A DNA stretch of 32,784 bases from a virus (lineage: Duplodnaviria; Caudoviricetes). Under the pieces are notes generated by a model. The model did no database searches. It saw only the letters and a list, made by a program, of their open reading frames with translations, and was not told where the DNA came from. The stretch is from positions 1 to 32,784 of IMG/VR virus record IMGVR_UViG_3300048598_000307. The stretch is one strand, 5' to 3'. Shown piece by piece: positions 1 through 7,688 of the stretch (within the stretch, counting starts at the first letter, position 1; each line of letters starts with the position of its first letter). Position numbers and translations under genes: made by a program.

Positions 1-174
1 CTCGCGCGTCAGGTCGATCGCAGCTTTCAGCTTGTCCTTGCCGATCTTGGCGCGGTGCGAGCGGCCGAGCGGGGCGTCGGAGAGGTTCTTGAGGGCCCAG
101 CCGGGGCGCTTGGCGCAGGGGCCGGACGAGAAATTAGGCACGCGCGGACGCGTGGTCGGAGCAGTATTCGCCAT
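1..174 (-). CDS. serC: Phosphoserine aminotransferase, N-terminal 58 codons (runs off window); host gene
   Basis: Manual translation from ATG at 174: MANTAPTTRPRVPNFSSGPCAKRPGWALKNLSDAPLGRSHRAKIGKDKLKAAIDLTRE; FSSGPCxKRPGW...LGRSHR is the alphaproteobacterial SerC N-terminus. Not in ORF track. Confidence 0.92.
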   Translation of the reverse strand, partial: MANTAPTTRPRVPNFSSGPCAKRPGWALKNLSDAPLGRSHRAKIGKDKLKAAIDLTRE

Positions 175-230
175 CGATGTCTCCATCCTTACAGATGGGC
201 GCGCCCCGTTGGGGGGGCGTGTCCCGTCGA
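175..230 (-). ncRNA. serC leader cis-regulatory RNA element
   Basis: Directly 5' of serC: hairpin CGCCCC...GGGGCG followed by CCAUC-UGUAAG-GAUGG overlapping the SD; fits the serC leader motif known in Alphaproteobacteria. Confidence 0.7.
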
Positions 231-232
231 TG

Positions 233-261
233 GGGGTAGGATGGGAGGGAGGGGGAGTCAA
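233..261 (-). promoter_or_regulatory. Putative sigma70 promoter of serC
   Basis: TTGACT (261-256), 17-nt spacer, TACCCC (238-233); weak -10 lacking the final T is common in Alphaproteobacteria. Confidence 0.5.
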
Positions 262-270
262 GGCGCTATC

Positions 271-318
271 TGTAGCGCGAACTTTCAAATGGCAACGCGC
301 GAACAATCAAATGGCAAC
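271..318. repeat. Prophage right end: terminal TG (CA-3' on minus strand) and two tandem 22-bp transposase-binding sites (R1/R2-like)
   Basis: GCGCGAACTTTCAAATGGCAAC (275-296) and GCGCGAACAATCAAATGGCAAC (297-318), 20/22 identical, starting 4 bp inside TG, at the host/phage boundary. Confidence 0.85.
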
Positions 319-341
319 AGATCGTAGAATTGAGCGTGGTG

Positions 342-839
342 CTAACGGGCAAGCCGCTTCTTCAATGATGCCAGCGAAACCTCGGCGGCCGCCTGGTTGA
401 GCATCGCGTTCACTGTCGCGGAGAGACAGTCCTCAATGGCTTGGAAATACGCTCGCATGTCCTCGGACCGTGCGGCATCAATTTCCACCGCTTGACGCAG
501 GCCCGAACGGTGGATGTCCCTCATTGCCTGCGAGCAGTACAGAGTTTTTGCTGCGAGCGCGTCGCGCATCGCCGCCAGTAGGGGCTCAAGGTCGCCCTGC
601 CAACTGCTCGGCACCTTTTTCTTCGCTACCACGGCCGATTTGAGCTGACGGACTGCAAAGATCACCGCCTGCGTTTTAGCGAGGACGTCGTTGTAGACGT
701 CAGCGCGATTCTCAAACTCCTTTCTAACCCAGTCGCGTTCAAACGATCGCTCTTTGTCTCGGTAGGCAAACCAGAGCGTCAGTCCAGAACCCGAAAGTGT
801 GCCGATCACAGCGATTATCGCAGGCCAGAGATTGGTCAT
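342..839 (-). CDS. Hypothetical protein with N-terminal transmembrane helix (accessory gene), 165 aa
   Basis: ATG at 839 overlaps MTase stop (ATGA); N-term WPAIIAVIGTLSGSGLTLWFAY hydrophobic; visibly more AT-rich codons than structural genes. Confidence 0.75.
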   Translation of the reverse strand: MTNLWPAIIAVIGTLSGSGLTLWFAYRDKERSFERDWVRKEFENRADVYNDVLAKTQAVIFAVRQLKSAVVAKKKVPSSWQGDLEPLLAAMRDALAAKTLYCSQAMRDIHRSGLRQAVEIDAARSEDMRAYFQAIEDCLSATVNAMLNQAAAEVSLASLKKRLAR

Positions 840-1633
840 CGCGCGTCCGTCGAAATGATCACCTCGCGCACCCGCTTGCTCTTGCCCGCGCCGCCCGCCT
901 GGTAGCTCAGCTCGACCATCTCGATCGAGGCCCAGGCGAACAGCTCGCGCACCGCGGGCACGTCGTTCAACGAGAGAATGAAGCGGCCTTGAAGCCGCTG
1001 TAAAGCGGCGCTGAGCTCCTCGAACTGCTCCCGCCCGAATAATCCACGGCCATAGAAGTGCTCGGTGCCCCAATAGGGCGGGTCGAGATAGAACAGTGTA
1101 CCCGGCCGATCCCAGCGCCGGATGAATTCCTGCCAGGGCAGGCACTCGATCCATACGCCGGCCAGACGGTCATGCACGGCCTCCAGGAGCGGCTGCAGGC
1201 GGGTGACATCGAAGCGAGCGGGCGCCTTCGTGTCGATGCCAAAGGTCCTGCCGGCGACCTTGCCGCCGAAGGCGAGCTTCTGGAGGTAGAGGAACCGCGC
1301 CGCCCGTTCGAGGTCAGTCAGCGTGTCCGGGTCCTGGGCATTGAGCCGCTCGAATTCAGCCCTGCTCGCCAGCTGCCAGCGCAGCATGTCGAGGAAAGCC
1401 TGGTAGTGGCGCTGGAGCACGCGGAAGAATATGGCGACGTCGCGTGAGGCGTCGTTGATGACCTCGGCCTTGGGTTTTGCCGGGCGGCGGAGGAAGACGC
1501 CTCCCATGCCGACAAACGCCTCCGCATAGGTCGTGTGCTCGATAGCGCTGATCCGATCGACCAGGCGGCCGGCGAGTTGCTTCTTGCCGCCGATATAGCC
1601 AGCGACGGGGGAAATAGGTCGAACCATGTTCAT
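836..1633 (-). CDS. DNA adenine methyltransferase, D12/Dam class, at the mom position
   Basis: YIGGK, EAFVGMGGV (motif I), INDAS, LDPPY (motif IV), ILSLND. Confidence 0.92.
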   Translation of the reverse strand: MNMVRPISPVAGYIGGKKQLAGRLVDRISAIEHTTYAEAFVGMGGVFLRRPAKPKAEVINDASRDVAIFFRVLQRHYQAFLDMLRWQLASRAEFERLNAQDPDTLTDLERAARFLYLQKLAFGGKVAGRTFGIDTKAPARFDVTRLQPLLEAVHDRLAGVWIECLPWQEFIRRWDRPGTLFYLDPPYWGTEHFYGRGLFGREQFEELSAALQRLQGRFILSLNDVPAVRELFAWASIEMVELSYQAGGAGKSKRVREVIISTDAR

Positions 1634-1764
1634 CTGATCTTAGAGCCTGAAGGCGCCCGATGCGGCGCGGCCTCACGGCCGCCGTGGCGGGCGATGTAAT
1701 CTCCAGTGTCATCGGGCGGCGTTGCCTTGGCGGGGACAGCCGCTGGAGCCCTCGGGCTCCCTCG

Positions 1765-2151
1765 TCACGTATCGGTCGCTCGCGCTCCAATCCGCTTGCG
1801 CAGCTGCATGGTGCCGGTGAGCAACAGCGCCTGGTCACCGTCGCCCCAGCTGATGCGGGCTTCGTGATAATGGTTTCCCAGCTGCAGGCCTCCCTCGCGG
1901 AACAGCGTGTCAGCCGGTCGAAGCGAGACCTGGACGAAACGCTTCCCCGGTCCTGCGCTGATCGAGACGCCAGATCCGAGTGATTTGCGGATGAAGAATG
2001 CGGCCTCGGCCGCATCTGGCGACGGCGCGCAGATCCAATCAGCAGCCGTGACGACCTCATCGAAGTTCTCCCCGTCCGCATAGACCAGCGGAATCCGGAG
2101 CACACGGCTGGTGCCGGCGTAGTGCATGAATGTCTGCCCGGTGGCCGTCAT
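1765..2151 (-). CDS. Hypothetical virion-associated adaptor (BppU N-terminal-like), 128 aa
   Basis: ATGA-coupled to the 876-aa gene; beta-rich pattern (VQVSLRPADT...YHEARI...LLTGTM) reminiscent of BppU_N-type domains. Confidence 0.55.
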   Translation of the reverse strand: MTATGQTFMHYAGTSRVLRIPLVYADGENFDEVVTAADWICAPSPDAAEAAFFIRKSLGSGVSISAGPGKRFVQVSLRPADTLFREGGLQLGNHYHEARISWGDGDQALLLTGTMQLRKRIGARATDT

Positions 2152-4778
2152 CCGATCCTTCCTTTCAGCAGCGTCTCGATGTCGACCTGCGCGGCTAGCA
2201 TCGTTGAGGCGTCGATCCGGCCGTCGATCCGCGTCAGGGCATCGATCCAGCCCAACAGCTCGGAGATCGGGATGTCTTCCAGATCAGCGGCGAGTGCGCC
2301 GATGGCCTGGACAAGATCCGCACCCGATTCGAGCGCCCCCAGAACGCCGGCGAGCGAGATGTTGCCAAGCGCATGCAGCTCGTCCGCGGCCTCAACCGAG
2401 GTCAGGGCGCCTGCTATGGCCAGCGCGCCGTCCAGCGCGGCAACGTCGACGCCGCGATCGACAATGATTGCCGTACCGGCTGCGACCAGAGACCCCACAA
2501 TGCCGAGCTGATCGGGACTGCTGCCGATCGAGCCGAGCGAACCGGCGATGGACGAGCTTCCTGAGGCAGCGGCAGCGTCGGCGTCGCCCGCCAAGGCATC
2601 GACCAGGCCAGCGATGGCGATCGATCCGGAGGCGGCCGCCGTGTCCGAGCCGACGTCCGTCGCCTGGACTGCACCAATCGCGATCCTGCCTCCGATGATG
2701 AAGGCGCTGTCGCCACCAATATCCTGGGCCGAAATGCCACCGGCGATGGGCAGTCCGCCGATCAGCGCAAGCGAATCCGGCGCCTGTTCAGCAGCGGCAA
2801 GGGAGCCAGAGCAGCCGGTCGATCCTGAGAGCGCTGCCAGCTCGCCCGCGTTGTCGATTACGCTGATACCGCCCGCAACAGTGGTCCCGCCGATCGCTGC
2901 GGTGGTATCACTGGAACCGTCAACCAGCACGGCTGCGCCGCCGATCGCCACGCGTCCGGTTGCTGAAGCTGTGTCGCCGGCCGACTCCATTACGACGATA
3001 TCGCCGGAGATCGTGGGCAGGCTCGTCGAGCCCGAGGCCACGACGCTATCCGCCCCGCTCTCGCCGACATCGAGCGATCCGCCGATCGTGACCGCGCCCG
3101 ACCCGGTGGCCGTATCGCTAGCGCCTTCCGGAACTGCCAGAGAGCCAGCCAATGCGACCATACCGGCGGCCGAGGTTGTATCCGAGCCGCTGTCGGTGGC
3201 CGAAAGCGCGCCGACGATGGTTGGACTGCCCGAAGGCCCATCAGCTGTGATCGTGAAGCGGACCCTGCCGTTGCCGCCTGTACCGCCATTGCCCGACGCG
3301 CCAGAGATGGCGCCACCACCGCCGCCCGGAGCTGCCGCCGCAGCAACCGACGTACCCGTGCTGGAGGCACCGCCCAGACCACCGTCAGGCGATCCTGCTG
3401 CGCCTTGCGTGGCTCCTGAAGCGTTGCCACCGGCGCCGGCCGAGCCCGCGCCGCCTCCGCCTGCGCCGCGAAGCGTCGTGCCGGAGCCAGTGTTGCCGCC
3501 GGCGCCGCCCGCGAACTTGGTCGTGCCGATCGAGGCAGCCGTCGTGCCGCCCGCACCGTTGACCGTCGAGGTGCCGGCCGAGCCTGCCTTCGCCAGCGCG
3601 CCATGCGACACCAGCGTCGGCGCGGTGTTCGTGGTGATCCGGATCCATGTGTCGCTGGATGGCGCGCCGCCGGTGGTGGCGCTCGTACCAGCTGCACCGG
3701 CGCCTACATTCCAATAAATCGTGTCGCCGACGCTGACGGGCCAGCCGTCGCCAGCGTTGTTTGATGCCGCGAAGGCGCCGCCGCCCGAACCACGACCGCG
3801 TCGAGGGCCGCCGGCACCTGGCCCCCAGCCTTCAACGAGGTTGAGGACGCCAGTCCCGTTCGGCAGCTCGGTCGAGGTGAGCGTAAGAGACCCTGAACCA
3901 GTCGTGCTGACCGTCGTAGTGACCGGAGCGAGCGTAATCGGCGCGCTATCCGCGGTGACCACCTCAACTGAGTCGCCTATGGCGTTCGTCGCAATGACGC
4001 CGAAAGCGAGAGTTTGCCCCTCGTCACCGGAAACAGGCGTGTAGTTCGGCGAGGCCGATCGGCTGCCTCTCGCAACCCCGCCGACATATGGCAGGAAACC
4101 ATAGCTCGTAGGGCTATCAGTCCACGCGCCATTGGAGCAGGTATTGACCTGACCTAGCGCAGGCGTCGTGTCGCTCAGTGTCGGGACGCTGGTGTTGCTC
4201 GGCGGATTGGTCGGGCCAGCGCTGGCGCCAAGCCAAGCGAACCCGCTCGGAACCGTCAGACCAGCTGCGACCGGATCGTCGATGATCGTGACAGGGTTTG
4301 GGCCCGGAATAACGGCCGGGACATGCCCTGAACCCACAAGCGGATTGACAATTCCGCCTGTTCCGAGAGCCGGGTTTCCCGAGCTTAGAAGGGTGTTGCC
4401 TTTGTAAGCCCAGAGGCGGTTAGCATCGACATCGACCGCAAACATGACGATGTCGTTGGCGAGGACATCACCGCCGTAAGACTCGTAACCTGAGGCTGCG
4501 CCGGCGGCATCAAGCCAGACAGCTTGGATATCGCCGTACTCTTGGACGATGAACCCAGACCCACCACTGTAGCTCGGAAAACTCCAGGATGGTTGCAGCG
4601 CTCCAACAACCTGAACGCCACCTTCCAAGGCAACGCCCAGGCGGAAAGCGAAGGCGCATTTACCAGTAAGAGCGGTGTTGGTCTTGGCGCCGGGATCAGC
4701 GCCAGTGCCCGTAGCGGTCAGATTGCCGTTCGAGAGGCTGACGTTATTCGAGCCGGTGAGCGTGAACTGTAGCGGCAC
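2148..4778 (-). CDS. Large modular fibre/adhesin-like protein: SPRY-like domain, Ig-like domain, Gly-rich domain, ~22-aa tandem repeats
   Basis: LSNGNLTAT...DIVMFAVDVDANRLW (SPRY-like); PSNTSVPTLS...GQVNTCSNGAW...YTPVSGDEGQTL (Ig-like); EGWGPGAGG...GGNGRVRF (Gly-rich); repeated GxLxxxExxxDxxxxxGxxxxxG units. Confidence 0.75.
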   Translation of the reverse strand: MPLQFTLTGSNNVSLSNGNLTATGTGADPGAKTNTALTGKCAFAFRLGVALEGGVQVVGALQPSWSFPSYSGGSGFIVQEYGDIQAVWLDAAGAASGYESYGGDVLANDIVMFAVDVDANRLWAYKGNTLLSSGNPALGTGGIVNPLVGSGHVPAVIPGPNPVTIIDDPVAAGLTVPSGFAWLGASAGPTNPPSNTSVPTLSDTTPALGQVNTCSNGAWTDSPTSYGFLPYVGGVARGSRSASPNYTPVSGDEGQTLAFGVIATNAIGDSVEVVTADSAPITLAPVTTTVSTTGSGSLTLTSTELPNGTGVLNLVEGWGPGAGGPRRGRGSGGGAFAASNNAGDGWPVSVGDTIYWNVGAGAAGTSATTGGAPSSDTWIRITTNTAPTLVSHGALAKAGSAGTSTVNGAGGTTAASIGTTKFAGGAGGNTGSGTTLRGAGGGGAGSAGAGGNASGATQGAAGSPDGGLGGASSTGTSVAAAAAPGGGGGAISGASGNGGTGGNGRVRFTITADGPSGSPTIVGALSATDSGSDTTSAAGMVALAGSLAVPEGASDTATGSGAVTIGGSLDVGESGADSVVASGSTSLPTISGDIVVMESAGDTASATGRVAIGGAAVLVDGSSDTTAAIGGTTVAGGISVIDNAGELAALSGSTGCSGSLAAAEQAPDSLALIGGLPIAGGISAQDIGGDSAFIIGGRIAIGAVQATDVGSDTAAASGSIAIAGLVDALAGDADAAAASGSSSIAGSLGSIGSSPDQLGIVGSLVAAGTAIIVDRGVDVAALDGALAIAGALTSVEAADELHALGNISLAGVLGALESGADLVQAIGALAADLEDIPISELLGWIDALTRIDGRIDASTMLAAQVDIETLLKGRIG

Positions 4779-4826
4779 GAGCCTACCCCACGATCACGAT
4801 CACCGAGACGTTGGCGAGAGTGACGG

Positions 4827-5384
4827 TCACGGTGCGTGCGTGAACACGGCCGCGCTGACCGTTACGGGCTGGTTGAGCGTGATCTCAAGGCTGTCGAGCT
4901 GCAGATCCGCATTGGCCTTGCAGTACCAATCCCAGGTGACCGTTCCATCGGCGATGCCGGCGGCCGTGCCAGACGGCCCAGCGCCGGCCGAGGTCGAGCC
5001 AGCCGCAACGCATTTGTAGATTTCGGAGCCATTGGTGCGGTAGGCGCCGAGCGGAACGGCGGTTGAGGCAACACGCGCCGGCGCGGCCGCCGCCGTCAGG
5101 CCGACGTCGAATTCATTGAGCGTCGTGCCGCCGGTTGCGGTCCGGATGCGAGCCCGCAGCGCCTTGCCGGAATTGTCGGCCGAGGCGTCCGTCTTGGGGA
5201 AGCCGGCAAGCGTCGCAACACCAGCACCGGACGGCGCTGGGGCGGCCGGGTTGTTGAGCGAAAGTGTGGCGAGAACGGCGCCGAATCCGGCGGTGCAGAT
5301 CTCAAGCACACCGGTCGTGCCGATCGCCGAAATCCAGGCGGCCATGCGGGCGATTTTCACGGCGTCGGTGTAGACGTTGGTCAT
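4827..5384 (-). CDS. Putative phage structural protein with inserted carbohydrate-binding-module-like segment
   Basis: 185 aa; phage structural-like core (ARMAAW...ADNSGKA.RARI...LDSLEIT..QPVTVS) interrupted by LGAYRTNGSEIYKCVAAGST...DGTVTW. Confidence 0.65.
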   Translation of the reverse strand: MTNVYTDAVKIARMAAWISAIGTTGVLEICTAGFGAVLATLSLNNPAAPAPSGAGVATLAGFPKTDASADNSGKALRARIRTATGGTTLNEFDVGLTAAAAPARVASTAVPLGAYRTNGSEIYKCVAAGSTSAGAGPSGTAAGIADGTVTWDWYCKANADLQLDSLEITLNQPVTVSAAVFTHAP

Positions 5385-5411
5385 TGTTCGAGCTTTCGAG
5401 CTGGGCCGCCG

Positions 5412-5546
5412 TCAGGGGCGATCGAGGTTGCGGATAAGCTTGAGGCCGGCGGCTACGCCGCGGCCGTCCATGCCGTCGTCGCCGTCGCGCGGCAGGCCAC
5501 AGCCGGCAAGCGACAGGACCAGGATTGCGAGGGTGAGCGCGCGCAT
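5412..5546 (-). CDS. Small lipoprotein, 44 aa
   Basis: MRALTLAILVLSLAGC lipobox; ATG 2 nt after upstream stop; fills the gap between genes. Confidence 0.6.
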   Translation of the reverse strand: MRALTLAILVLSLAGCGLPRDGDDGMDGRGVAAGLKLIRNLDRP

Positions 5547-5548
5547 CG

Positions 5549-6055
5549 TCAGGCCACCACGATGAGGAGGCCCCAGAGCGCGCCAACTGCGAACTCGGCG
5601 CGAGGCCAGTCCAGGGCGTTCAGCGGACGAAACAGGACGTGGTAGGCGATCGTGGCCAGGGCGGCGAAGGATACGCCCGCAAGCCAGAATTCCGGCCGGC
5701 CGGCGAGCCAGGCTATGGCAATGACGCCGGGCAGGATGAAGAGCATCCGGGCGAAAACCGGTAGCAGCGAGCCTGGCAGAGCCAGCAACGCTGCCTCGAC
5801 CAGGTCCGGCGAGCGATCCGGGCGACGGCCGCCGACGCGCATGAGGATGTGGCCCCAGCCCCAGACGGCCCACAAGGCATAGGCCGCCGCGAAGGCCAGC
5901 GCGATCGGCCAAGGTTGAAGCAGCAGTGCGACGGCGCCGATAGCCGGCGTGACATAGATGAGGGCACGGCCACGGAGCCATTCCGGCTTCCAGGAAGCGT
6001 CGCCGCGCAGGCGATTGAGGCAGGCGCAGGCGATGATCACGAAGAGCGCGGTCAT
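5549..6055 (-). CDS. Hypothetical integral membrane protein, 168 aa
   Basis: Several hydrophobic segments; ATGA-coupled to upstream gene. Confidence 0.75.
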   Translation of the reverse strand: MTALFVIIACACLNRLRGDASWKPEWLRGRALIYVTPAIGAVALLLQPWPIALAFAAAYALWAVWGWGHILMRVGGRRPDRSPDLVEAALLALPGSLLPVFARMLFILPGVIAIAWLAGRPEFWLAGVSFAALATIAYHVLFRPLNALDWPRAEFAVGALWGLLIVVA

Positions 6056-6600
6056 GGCGCCACCTCGAAGGCAGCGTCGATCTCGGCGGTCGTCGTAACG
6101 GTGCCGGCCTCGATCGACGCGAGCAACCCGGCCTCGATGCCGAAGACCGTGCGGACATGCTCGCGCGCAGCGATCGCCAGGGCGGGGAAGTCGGCATTCG
6201 CCACGGAGCGGAACTGACCGTCCGCGAATTTCCAGCCGTCGCCATCGATACGCACGCCCTGGGCGATCGCCTGGAGCTCGGACAGGATCTTGCCCTGGCT
6301 GCGATCATCGGTGTGGATCGGCCAGCCGTTCCAGATCGTGCCGGCCTGCTCACGCCGCCAGCGGAGGTCTGCCGCGTAGGCTATAAGCTCGGCTTTCGTC
6401 CGGACGGGCGCGGCCGGCGGATTGAACACGCCGCCGTTGAGCAAGAAACCGGGTTCAACCTCGGAATCGCAAGCGTGCCAGACCCCCGGAAAGTCCGGAT
6501 GAAACGCATCTTGCGGCGTCAGATCGTCCGCCGGAGGAACCCAGATCTCGACCACTACTGCATCGAGCACGCGCGCATAGGGCTGATTCATGTCGCTCAC
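6052..6600 (-). CDS. DUF4376-type tail fibre assembly/accessory protein
   Basis: YAADLRWRREQAG...HTDDRSQ...WKFADGQF...HVRTVFGIE pattern; follows tail fibre gene. Confidence 0.8.
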   Translation of the reverse strand: MSDMNQPYARVLDAVVVEIWVPPADDLTPQDAFHPDFPGVWHACDSEVEPGFLLNGGVFNPPAAPVRTKAELIAYAADLRWRREQAGTIWNGWPIHTDDRSQGKILSELQAIAQGVRIDGDGWKFADGQFRSVANADFPALAIAAREHVRTVFGIEAGLLASIEAGTVTTTAEIDAAFEVAP

Positions 6601-7679
6601 GGCGTGGCGTAGGTGATGGTCACCCGCCCGTTGCCGCCCTTCTGTCCACCATAGGAATTGACGTTGGTATTGCCGGCTGCGCCTCCGCCGGGCTGCTGAC
6701 CGGAATTGCCCTGCTGGCCACCTTGAGCCCCCCGCGCGCCGTTTCCGCCGGGGGAACCGTTGCCGCCGAACGAAACAAAGGCACCGCCGCCTGGCACAAT
6801 AATCTGGGCGCCGGCCGACGACGTTCCGCCCGCCCCCGGCGAGCCTCCCGCGGGACCGCCCGCGCCGCCGCCGCTCGCCGTCAAGAGCGCACCGACCGAC
6901 GTCGAGCCTCCGCTGCCCCCGGAATTTCCTGGCGCCGTGCTGGTATTGCCGCCGACGCCAATCGTCACGGCGTGGATCGCGCCGGGTGTGACGGCCACAT
7001 ATCGCGCGGCATACAAGCCGCCACCGCCGCCCAGGCCGCCGAGGGAGGAACCGTCACCGGCGCCGCCGCCGCCACCGGCGCCCCAAGCCTCGATAAATGC
7101 GAACAGAACCCCGGCCGGAACCGTCCAGCTTCCTGAGACGTCAAAATTTACGACCGAGAGATTGACCGGGTTGAACGCCGCGCGGAGGTCGCTGGCGACC
7201 ACCCCGCGACAGCGGAAGGCGGCTCCATCGAACGCAATGTCGAGCAGGCTATTGGCAGGAACGTCGCCCGGAGCCATCGCGCTCCCGCTGCGCCGCACGA
7301 GCGGGACCACGCCAACGCCGTCGACATTAATGGTCATGGCGTCGGTGTTAGCCCCGGCGCCGGTAAGTAGGAGAAGCGGCAAGCCAGCGGCGTAGGCCGC
7401 CAAGTCCGGCGTGAGGTCGACGGTCAGCGCATTCGCTGTTCCGCCGACGATCTTCCAGTTGAAAGCGCCCGATCGGATCACGCGCCGCAGCTGCGCGAAA
7501 TCCGCGTTGGACGGCACAAAGCCCGCGCCCTCCACCGCACCGACAACCTCCTCCTGGATGGCGTTATGCCAAAGGGCAGCGAGCTCGGTGCCCGGCACAC
7601 CCCCGACTGTATCCTTGCCCCGGAAGCCTCTGCGGCCGCCGCCGAGATCGATGGTGTTGGCGCCGATAATGCGGTCCAT
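6597..7679 (-). CDS. Tail fibre protein with glycine-rich C-terminal domain
   Basis: N-term MDRI...PGT...WHNAIQEEV..AG.VP....QL typical of Mu-like fibres; FDVSGSWTVPAGV...WGAGGGGG; follows gp48. Confidence 0.85.
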   Translation of the reverse strand: MDRIIGANTIDLGGGRRGFRGKDTVGGVPGTELAALWHNAIQEEVVGAVEGAGFVPSNADFAQLRRVIRSGAFNWKIVGGTANALTVDLTPDLAAYAAGLPLLLLTGAGANTDAMTINVDGVGVVPLVRRSGSAMAPGDVPANSLLDIAFDGAAFRCRGVVASDLRAAFNPVNLSVVNFDVSGSWTVPAGVLFAFIEAWGAGGGGGAGDGSSLGGLGGGGGLYAARYVAVTPGAIHAVTIGVGGNTSTAPGNSGGSGGSTSVGALLTASGGGAGGPAGGSPGAGGTSSAGAQIIVPGGGAFVSFGGNGSPGGNGARGAQGGQQGNSGQQPGGGAAGNTNVNSYGGQKGGNGRVTITYATP

Positions 7680-7688
7680 GGCCGGTCC

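Noticed and set aside
32-400. + strand ORFs 32-400 and 55-327
   Set aside because: Antisense to serC and crossing the host/prophage junction; no recognisable protein.
1634-1700. A fourth late promoter (Pmom equivalent) before the MTase
   Set aside because: No match to the palindrome or to the CAnnTT-N7-ATG spacing at either ATG (1633, 1627).
1356-2105. Possible com (zinc-finger translational activator) upstream of the MTase
   Set aside because: No CxxC pairs in a suitable ORF; the frame reads as Arg/Pro-rich off-frame sequence.
2548-3717. Long Pro/Ala-rich + strand ORF (also 6760-7395)
   Set aside because: Mirror of Gly-rich codons on the minus strand.
2148-7679. Diversity-generating retroelement or invertible tail-fibre segment
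   Set aside because: No reverse transcriptase, no invertase, and no TR/VR pair or inverted crossover sites seen; the two Gly-rich domains are similar only at protein-composition level.
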